Shown here: in pieces, positions 54,946 through 64,000 of the stretch
How positions within the stretch are numbered: the first letter of the stretch is position 1
Layout: the number at the start of each line of letters is the position of its first letter
Source: Octopus sinensis
Lineage: Eukaryota
Assembly: GCF_006345805.1 (NCBI RefSeq)
Contig: NC_043003.1
Coordinates: forward strand, 3,720,001-3,784,000
Length of the DNA stretch: 64,000 nt
Direction of reading: 5' to 3'
Made by a program: the position numbers and the translations under genes
Notes under the pieces: model-generated
What the model was told of the DNA's origin: nothing
Database searches by the model: none
What the model saw: only the letters and a program-made list of their open reading frames with translations

Positions 54946-55343
54946 TCTTTATATATAAAAGTCAAGTTGTGCTGTCTGTCTCCTACGATTTAGATTCCTA
55001 ACTACTCCCACATTTTGCGGTGCAGTTTAACCAAAACCGGGTATCTTATAGTCGTGATTCATATCGAGCCCTTCTGGGTATTAGCGCGCGTCTACGATGA
55101 GTCTACGATTAAAAAAAAATTTACCATAATTTTTTTTCCATTTTTATGCATTTTTTCGCTATCATATAAGGGAAGTGACTCTCTAAAAATTTCTACGATG
55201 AGTCAACGATTTAAACAAAATTTACCATCATTTTCTTTCCATTTTTAATGCATTTTTTTGGTATTTTTTAGCTATAACTCTCTAAAAATGCTTATATAGT
55301 TATTTCCCTTACAAACCCGAGCAACGCCGGGCGATACTGCTAG
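54946..55343 (+). mobile_element. Non-autonomous Helitron, copy 1 (398 bp)
   Basis: A|TC start, subterminal hairpin cccgagcaacgccggg, CTAG|T end. Confidence 0.8.
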
Positions 55344-55378
<35 letters not shown>

Positions 55379-55513
55379 ATGTATATATATGTATATGTAT
55401 ATATATGTATATGTATATATATGTATATGTATATATATGTATATGTATATATATGTATATGTATATATATGTATATGTATATATATGTATATGTATATAT
55501 ATGTATATGTATA

Positions 55514-55911
55514 TCTTTATATATAAAAGTCAAGTTGTGCTGTCTGTCTCCTACGATTTAGATTCCTAACTACTCCCACATTTTGCGGTGCAGTTTAACC
55601 AAAACCGGGTATCTTATAGTCGTGATTCATATCGAGCCCTTCTGGGTATTAGCGCGCGTCTACGATGAGTCTACGATTAAAAAAAAATTTACCATAATTT
55701 TTTTTCCATTTTTATGCATTTTTTCGCTATCATATAAGGGAAGTGACTCTCTAAAAATTTCTACGATGAGTCAACGATTTAAACAAAATTTACCATCATT
55801 TTCTTTCCATTTTTAATGCATTTTTTTGGTATTTTTTAGCTATAACTCTCTAAAAATGCTTATATAGTTATTTCCCTTACAAACCCGAGCAACGCCGGGC
55901 GATACTGCTAG
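55514..55911 (+). mobile_element. Non-autonomous Helitron, copy 2
   Basis: Apparently identical to copy 1. Confidence 0.8.
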
Positions 55912-55941
55912 TATATATATATATATGTATGTATATGTATA

Positions 55942-56339
55942 TCTTTATATATAAAAGTCAAGTTGTGCTGTCTGTCTCCTACGATTTAGATTCCTAACTA
56001 CTCCCACATTTTGCGGTGCAGTTTAACCAAAACCGGGTATCTTATAGTCGTGATTCATATCGAGCCCTTCTGGGTATTAGCGCGCGTCTACGATGAGTCT
56101 ACGATTAAAAAAAAATTTACCATAATTTTTTTTCCATTTTTATGCATTTTTTCGCTATCATATAAGGGAAGTGACTCTCTAAAAATTTCTACGATGAGTC
56201 AACGATTTAAACAAAATTTACCATCATTTTCTTTCCATTTTTAATGCATTTTTTTGGTATTTTTTAGCTATAACTCTCTAAAAATGCTTATATAGTTATT
56301 TCCCTTACAAACCCGAGCAACGCCGGGCGATACTGCTAG
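55942..56339 (+). mobile_element. Non-autonomous Helitron, copy 3
   Basis: Apparently identical to copy 1. Confidence 0.8.
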
Positions 56340-56367
56340 TATATATATATATATGTATGTATATGTA

Positions 56368-56585
56368 TATCTTTATGTCTGTGTTTGGTCCCCCCCCCCC
56401 TACTTGATAATCAGTGTTCTCGTAACTTAGCTGTTCGGCAAAAGGGACTGATAGAATGGGTACAGGTTTTAAAGAAAATTAAGCACTGGCGTCGATTTAT
56501 TCATCTAAAATCTTTCAAGGCGATGCCCCAGCTTGGCCGCAGTCCACTGATTGAAGCAGATAAAAAAAATAATAAAAGATAAAAC
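56368..56585 (+). mobile_element. SINE family A, 3' half
   Basis: Tail similarity. Confidence 0.7.
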
Positions 56586-56916
56586 ATTGAGAGAAAATCT
56601 TTACAGGGGAAATAACTTTTAAATAAACTTTTCAGAGTTACCTACCATGATTTAGGTCTCGTGCCGTCGGATGTGGTGACGTCATTGTAGTGTGGAATAA
56701 GTTTTCATCGAATCAGAGACACTGACCGAGAAATGTCGTCGCCTGGTTTTTCTCCTTCAGCTTTGATCAAGTAAAAATACATTTGTACCAGCAGAAAATA
56801 GATATACTTTGGTAAATAATCAGAATAATGGTAGGAACTGGTGCAGGACGAGCAATTAACAATAGCAACAACAGCCGCAGCGGCAGCCGCCGTAGGAGCC
56901 GCAACAGCAACTACAG

Positions 56917-57240
56917 TGGAGGCGCAATGGCCCAATGGTTAGGGCAGTGGACTCGCGGTCGGAGGGTCGCGGTTTCGATTCCAAGACCGGGCGTTGTTTG
57001 TATTTTTTTAGCAAAAATGCCTAAAGTTCCACGAGGCTCCGGCAGGGGGTGGTGGCAACCCCTGTTGTACTCTTTCGCTCCAACTTTCTCTCACTCTTTC
57101 TTCCTGTTTCTTGTCCCCGACTTCCTACGCAACCGCTGAGCCTGGATGCGCATTCATCCATCCGTCGATGCTCTCGGTGTCGGGGGTTGACATGCTTTCT
57201 CTTCTGCGGGTCTTACGAATAGCAACGGACCACATTTAGG
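56917..57240 (+). mobile_element. SINE family C
   Basis: Head as at 37411. Confidence 0.8.
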
Positions 57241-57319
57241 ACTTATCCCATCTTGCGAGCTCTGGGACAAAGACCGTTCCCTCAACAGCAACAGCAGCAG
57301 CCACAACACCACCACCACC

Positions 57320-57351
<32 letters not shown>

Positions 57352-57355
57352 CAGC

Positions 57356-57419
<64 letters not shown>

Positions 57420-57422
<3 letters not shown>

Positions 57423-57976
57423 CCCTGATGCAGTACCAGGCAGCGGCTCTCATGGCTTCTGATCTTAACTGATTGGAAGTGTTATCATGTACATTATTTT
57501 GTCTGGGTATAAAAGATGGGCTGCAGCAAATATTCTGCTCAATACCACAGATTTGCTTGTCAGTTGTTTGACCTTAACCAGTTGAGCATGTCCCTTAGTG
57601 GCTGACGATATGTGCATCTCTGATCACGAGCAGAAGTAGTGGGGGAGCATCATAGCCATGTGTTGAGAGGGATTCTTTGGGGTTTGAATGATTCACCTCT
57701 GGAAACATGGGTGTTTCATTCAACATCCTTAAACAACCCTTATTCAGGGACCTTTTGAGTGGGATGGGTTACCCAACCAGAAGAAAATTCTAACTGGGCC
57801 CCACCCGCAAGGTCATGCGCTGTTTATCTTGATATGTGATCACCATGTCGCGCACATATGGATGTGATGCATGTGCCTGGTGTACCCTTATCAGACGGGT
57901 AGTCATGATGGGTATACTGGGCTTCGTATATTTGTACCCCAGTGTCACTTTGATGGCATGCACTGCTCTCTCACTC
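57420..57976 (+). mobile_element. Family E (AAT)n-embedded element, full length
   Basis: Reverse complement of 47664-48218; (AAT)n on both sides. Confidence 0.85.
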
Positions 57977-58569
57977 AATAATAATAATAATAATAATAAT
58001 AATAGTTTTCAGTTAGTTTTGAGTTGAATGAATTCTCTTTAATACTTTTACTTGTCCCAGTCATTAGACTGCGGCCATGCTGGGGCAACGCCTTGAAGAA
58101 TTTATTTTAGTCGAATGAATCGACTTCAATACTTAAATAAATCGGTTATTTTTGCTGATATTTATTGCCATTCCCTAACAGACCAAATTGTTGCTTAACA
58201 CTCATTAGCTCTGATTGTGTAGACTTCTGTTCAAATGTTTCCCACCGTGACTATCCCATCTATTCGTATATCATGGACTATATTGTCCAACATGACGTTT
58301 CTCTATTTAAGATGATCGATGTATTTAAAGGAATTTGTTGCTATTTCTAGCACGTCTAACTGCTATGTTTACCCTTGTTCTGCAAAAGTTTTCAATTTAC
58401 ATATATGCACCGCACCCCGTGTAAATGCAGTACTAATTGACATTGCTAATTAACGGTTAATTACTCACTAACAGTTGATAGTTAATCTCTTTAATGAAAG
58501 TTTCTCGGCCGAAACAATCATAAACTGGACCAAATCATGATCGCGGCTAAATATATTCGTTTTTCTGAG

Positions 58570-59090
58570 ACAAAATAATCAAAGTTTAGCTGGTTCGGGG
58601 CTTGTGTAGTTTGCGTTTCATTCTTTGTGGCCCTGCAGCTATGTTTTGTTCGTAGGAAGCGACCCCCCTGTTGGTGCATCTTCGCCAGTCTTGTACTTCT
58701 GATTCCCAGGTGACAAAGTTGATCTTAAAGCTTTTCAGAGAGGTTTTGTATGTGTCCTTGAAGTGCGTTTTCTGTCCACAGTGCGTGCGCTTGCCTTCCA
58801 CCAGTTCGCTTTAAAACAGTCTCTTGGGGAGTCGCTTGTCGCTCATTCGTACAAGGTGGCCTTCTCACCAGACTTGCTCTCTCCTCAGCAGTGTGTAAAT
58901 GCTACAAAAGCCAAGAGTCAACTCCTTGTATTCAGTCCCAACGGATTTCCAGTGCCCAACATGCGGCAAAGCCTTCCGAGCTCGCATCGAACAGATCGAC
59001 CGCAGCAGCACACACTGTGCCTCGTCTTCTCCCATGTGATGTCCTTGGTCCTTGGTCATCATCGACAACAACTGATAATCTGATGATTAC
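58570..59090 (-). pseudogene. RTE (BovB-like) LINE 3' remnant
   Basis: GHLVRMSDKRLPKRLF*SELMEGKR..GQKTHFKDTYKTSLKSFKI..WES. Confidence 0.8.
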
Positions 59091-59364
59091 ACCCCACTCA
59101 CAGATGTTATTGTCTCTAGTCCAAGCACTCAGAGGGTTGACCACCCGCTTTCCATCGCGTATAAGAGACCAAAGTCAAGAGATTCCTTTCCGTGAACAAG
59201 ACTCCAGTCCGTCACAGGGTTTTACAGCTGAACGGACCGGAGCAACATGTTTTGCTCAAGAACACAATGCCCCCGCCGGTTCGTGAATCGAAACCACAGC
59301 TTTGCGATCGCTAGGCCACTAGGCCACGCGGCTTCACTTGGTTACATATAGACACAGAATATTG

Positions 59365-59580
59365 GTTCCAAATTGTGGTCTAAGGCCAGCCAGTTCGAAA
59401 GAGTGGGATAAATCGATTACATCGACCCGCCATCCCCACCAGTGGTACTTTTTATCAACCCTGAAAAGAGGAAAAACAAAATCGACCTCGATGACATTTG
59501 AACTCAGAACGTAAAGACGGACGAAATGCCGCAAAGCATTTCGTCCGGCGTGCTAACGATTCTACCAACTCGCCGCCTTA
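59365..59580 (-). mobile_element. SINE family B monomer
   Basis: Head plus core plus short tail. Confidence 0.85.
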
Positions 59581-59937
59581 CACACACAAAAGATTAGTAT
59601 TGGAAAGGGGTCATCATTGAGGGTCTGTGGCGTTAATGCATACCACAAGAGCACTAGCGGGGTAAATAAAGTTAATTGCCTGTCAGTGGTAATTGAAGGT
59701 TGCGCGTTCAAGTCCTTGTCACCTAAATATAACAGAACTTTGGCCGATGTATAATTAGGACATCACGGAATAGTAATTACATCAGTAATTAGAGTTTTAT
59801 TCTATCATTTCCAATTACTACATGGCTTTTAATTACGGAATCGCTTTGCTGACATTACCGTAAAACAAAAACAAATTTTGTCAATCCTCAAAGCACAACA
59901 GCGTATTGAGGATCTACACAACAATTATTGCTGTAGG

Positions 59938-60135
59938 GTTCTTCTTCTTCTTCTTCTTCTTCTTCTTCTTCTTCTTCTTCTTCTTCTTCTTCTTCTCCTT
60001 CTTCTTCTTCTTCTTCTACTTCTTCTTCTTCTCCTTCTTCTTCTTCTCCTTCTTCTTCTTCTTTCTTCTTCTTCTCTTCTTCTTCTTCTTCTTCTTCTTC
60101 TTCTTCTTCTTCTTCTTCTTCTTCTTCTTCTTCTT
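59938..60135. repeat. (CTT)n microsatellite
   Basis: Direct reading. Confidence 0.95.
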
Positions 60136-60353
60136 TCAATATTAGTGTGTGAGAAGTCAGTGGTAACCCCCATCACCACCATCGCACACACATGTATCAA
60201 CTGGCTGTGTTTATATATTTCTCGTTGTGGCTGTATGGCTAGAAATCAACCGAATACTACGAGAGAGTACCTCTCATACAGACGCATAATGCTACGTGCA
60301 CACATATATCATTAGTAGACGAGAGCCAAATAGTATGGGCGTCGAATCTGCAC

Positions 60354-60399
60354 CTGTCACTGAGGAAGCGCAGTATGCTGAAATCACGCGATCTAGTAG
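60354..60399 (+). ncRNA. Type I hammerhead ribozyme, canonical core
   Basis: ctgtca CTGAGGA agcg-cagta-tgct GAAA tc-acgc-g ATC tagtag; outer helix gtatgggcg / cgcccatac. Confidence 0.7.
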
Positions 60400-60598
60400 T
60401 TCCAGCGCCCATACCAGGCGATTCTTGTCAGCTAACGTTATATATACGTGTGCTCTTTAGTACCGTGAATCTGTTTGAGATGTTCTCACAGGACGAATGT
60501 CGCACCATTCGGCGTTCTAACAGTGCATCAATATATCCTCGACATTGAGTGGGATGTAAAGGTTGCCATTCGGTATTAAAACTGATCCTGTCGCTTAA

Positions 60599-60657
<59 letters not shown>

Positions 60658-60674
60658 ATATATATACACACAAT

Positions 60675-60960
60675 GTGGAGGCGCCATGACCCAGTGGTTA
60701 AGGCAGCAGACTCGCGGTTTCGATTCCCCGACTGGGCGTTGTGAGTGTTTATTGAGTGAAAACACCTAAAGCTCCACGAGGCTCCGGCAAGGGATGGTGG
60801 CGATCCCTGCTGTACTCTTTCACCACAACTTTCTCTCACTCTTTCTTCTGTTGGCCTGCTCGCTTAGCCAGCGGGATGGCGTCACTTGAAGGCTAAAGCA
60901 TTGTGACTAGCGATGTGTAGCAACATCTGATAGCCTGGTCGGTCACTGTGTCACTGTGAT
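60675..60960 (+). mobile_element. SINE family C
   Basis: Head as at 37411. Confidence 0.8.
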
Positions 60961-61084
60961 ATATATATAATATGAGGTAATATTATTCCAAACTTACAGG
61001 GAAAATTCAATTTAGAAATACTATATCAAATTTCACAAAATATAATATAATATAATATAATATAATATAATATAATATAATATA

Positions 61085-61116
<32 letters not shown>

Positions 61117-61159
61117 TATATATATATAATATATATATATATATATAATATATATATAA

Positions 61160-61392
61160 CGGGAAGCTTTATGAAATAGACAAAAGACGAAGGCAGGTGG
61201 GAAACAAACAAACAATTGTATTAGTATGGCGCTCAGGAAATATAAATAAATCAAGTTTTTAACGTTTCGAGCCTACGCTCTTCAACAGAAAGATACACAG
61301 AGAGAAAAAAAACACAGAAAGAAGGAGAGAAAAAAAAGGAGAGAAAAAAAAGGAGAGAAAAAAATGCGTGCAGTAACTAACGAATCAACATG
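61160..61392 (-). mobile_element. HHR mini-element (family M); duplicate at about 62160-62395
   Basis: HHR at 61258-61291: ttt CTGTTGA a gagc-gtag-gctc GAAAC GTT aaa; downstream cctgagcgccatactaatac. Confidence 0.7.
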
Positions 61393-61848
61393 ATATATAT
61401 ATATTAGAAATAAAAACACCTTTTCTCAATTCAATGATGAAAAATTAAATTAAATATAAGATAAAGCATATAACGATGATTAAGTAATGTGCAAAATAAT
61501 AAATAAAACGTATATATATACATGCATACACATTCCATCTTCCAGCATTACAACTATCATCTAATTCTGAGCCCCCAGAAACAGCTGTCGGATCTGAAAT
61601 ACTATCTCGTCTCCCCTAAGTTTTCTGTATCTTTTGTACTCCATGTAAATCCTTTCTGTAAACAGATATAAATATATATCAGCGACAGAGGCAGTATTAA
61701 CACCGAGAGGTAATATTTACGTGGATGTTCTGTCAGAGCAAACTTCACTGCGGTAGAAACCATAAGAGAAACGGCCATAGAGGTCTTTTGGTGCAAGATG
61801 CACGCTTGTTTATATCGCTAGCAGGGAGATAAATCTCTAGCACTGAAG

Positions 61849-61895
61849 CCACCAGATCATGTGATTTTGACCTTCCTTGGTCTCATCGGTGATGG
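61849..61895 (-). ncRNA. Hammerhead motif with U4C and G12A changes (duplicate at 62850-62896)
   Basis: ccatca CCGATGA gacc-aaggaa-ggtc AAAA tcacatg ATC tggtgg. Confidence 0.6.
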
Positions 61896-61997
61896 ATACT
61901 CGACCACTAGAGATAGCAGCGACACATCACCCCGCCAGTGATATATGAAGTATAGTGCCGGAACAGATGCTGGTGTCGCGATTAACCATTGAGCGGG

Positions 61998-62044
<47 letters not shown>

Positions 62045-62083
62045 ATATAATATAATATAATATATATATATATATATATATAT

Positions 62084-62160
<77 letters not shown>

Positions 62161-62999
62161 CGGGAAGCTTTATGAAAATAGACAAAAGACGAAGGCAGGT
62201 GGGAAACAAACAAACAATTGTATTAGTATGGCGCTCAGGAAATATAAATAAATCAAGTTTTTAACGTTTCGAGCTACGCTCTTCAACAGAAAGATACACA
62301 GAGAGAAAAAAAACACAGAAAGAAGGAGAGAAAAAAAAGGAGAGAGAAAAAAAAGGAGAGAAAAAAATGCGTGCAGTAACTAACGAATCAACATGATATA
62401 TATATTAGAAATAAAAACACCTTTTCTCAATTCAATGATGAAAAATTAAATTAAATATAAGATAAAGCATATAACGATGATTAAGTAATGTGCAAAATAA
62501 TAAATAAAACGTATATATATACATGCATACACATTCCATCTTCCAGCATTACAACTATCATCTAATTCTGAGCCCCCAGAAACAGCTGTCGGATCTGAAA
62601 TACTATCTCGTCTCCCCTAAGTTTTCTGTATCTTTTGTACTCCATGTAAATCCTTTCTGTAAACAGATATAAATATATATCAGCGACAGAGGCAGTATTA
62701 ACACCGAGAGGTAATATTTACGTGGATGTTCTGTCAGAGCAAACTTCACTGCGGTAGAAACCATAAGAGAAACGGCCATAGAGGTCTTTTGGTGCAAGAT
62801 GCACGCTTGTTTATATCGCTAGCAGGGAGATAAATCTCTAGCACTGAAGCCACCAGATCATGTGATTTTGACCTTCCTTGGTCTCATCGGTGATGGATAC
62901 TCGACCACTAGAGATAGCAGCGACACATCACCCCGCCAGTGATATATAGAAGTATAGTGCCGGAACAGATGCTGGTGTCGCGATTAACCATTGAGCGGG

Positions 63000-63058
<59 letters not shown>

Positions 63059-63387
63059 GGCAGAAGCAGTATAATAGAAAGAAGTAATATTTATTCCCAT
63101 TCGAACGTGGGTGTTTTGTTAGAACAAGCTATACTGCGGTAGAAACCACGAGAGAAACTTATATACTTACACATGAATGCTCAGCTTCAGAATACTGTCA
63201 ATTTTTTGTTTCACTCACCACATATCTCTGTATGTATTTACATGTATATATGTATGTATATTTTATATATCAAGTCCAAGCGTATTCATTTGTTTATTTG
63301 AAACATTATCTCTATATATACATACTTATATTTATGTGTGTGCATACATACATAAATATATGCATATATACATACATACATCTGTAT

Positions 63388-63439
<52 letters not shown>

Positions 63440-63500
63440 ATATATATATATGGTGGTCCAACATAGCCACAGTCAATGACTGAGTCATGGAATGGATAGC

Positions 63501-63605
63501 CAAGATCCGGGCCACGTATATTTCATAGCGAGTGAAACCTCGGACGTAGTAAATATCCAAACGAGGTGGGTACCCTCGGCTACTCTTCAGGCGAAGGATA
63601 TCTTG
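63501..63605 (-). ncRNA. Type I hammerhead-like motif with long loop 2
   Basis: CTGAAGA gtagc-(about 50 nt)-gctat GAAAT ATA c gtgg; distal helix caagat..cc / gg.atcttg. Confidence 0.55.
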
Positions 63606-63746
63606 ATTAAATGAAAGTTTACAATGGCGCAACGAGGTACATGTTAACGCTGGCAGATTCAATCGGGATGTGTAGAAAGCACACGGGTGCAATGCGAGCT
63701 TCTGAAGCACAATTCTACGAGACTTAGGCCCCTAAATAGCATCACC

Positions 63747-63817
63747 TGCGTCAGCCGGGAATCGAACCCATACAGACTGCTTAGGAGACAACCATACTAA
63801 CCATACTAACACTTCAG
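63747..63817 (-). pseudogene. tRNA-Gly(TCC)-like pseudogene or SINE head
   Basis: ttagtatggttgtctcctaagcagtctgtatgggttcgattcccggctgacgca resembles the 3' two-thirds of eukaryotic tRNA-Gly(TCC); 5' part degraded. Confidence 0.6.
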
Positions 63818-64000
63818 TAATCATTCAACTACGGTAGTAGTTGAATAATATTCTTAAGGCCGCAATTTACTCACGGGAAGCATCGTTCAGAGCTTTGTCG
63901 CTAATTCAGTTCTTAACCAAATTAAAAACTGTTAGCATTTTTGAAGAGAACTGGTCCCTTGCTACGTTTTGGCATAAAAAGAATTTAAGATTTGGTTCGG

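Larger units (their letters stand above)
61060..63050. repeat. Tandem duplication, unit about 1.0 kb
   Basis: Identical ORFs at 61602 and 62603 (offset 1001); junction in (TA)n. Confidence 0.9.

Noticed and set aside
57421-57760. HDV-like ribozyme at the family E 5' end (gccctga pairing with tcaggg)
   Set aside because: P2, P3 and P1.1 could not be identified

Overview
This is repeat-saturated, AT-rich animal genomic DNA, intronic or intergenic. I recognise no host protein-coding gene. The repeat landscape fits an octopus (coleoid cephalopod) genome; this is inference from the sequence and was not database-checked. Most ORFs in the track are microsatellite translations. The real coding remnants are all transposon-derived: mariner, two DD37D/maT, RTEX and RTE-BovB LINE 3' ends, two R4/Dong-type RLE LINEs, a HERO-type LINE and Penelope-like (GIY-YIG) fragments. 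There are also several tRNA-derived SINE families, a hAT MITE and a tandem trio of non-autonomous Helitrons. The most notable unexplained layer is about 16 type I hammerhead ribozyme (HHR) motifs in at least 7 unrelated sequence contexts, found by eye and not folded computationally. They include (i) a tRNA-headed SINE-like element carrying an intact HHR, flanked by a 14-bp direct repeat, (ii) a family of ~200-bp HHR mini-elements embedded in microsatellites, some with shared non-canonical core variants, and (iii) HHR-family elements rearranged into fold-back palindromes, including a 3-kb nested inverted-repeat complex. A 557-bp non-coding element found only in (AAT)n tracts, beside a Dong-type LINE, is also present. 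Coordinates were counted by hand, and degenerate boundaries are approximate.
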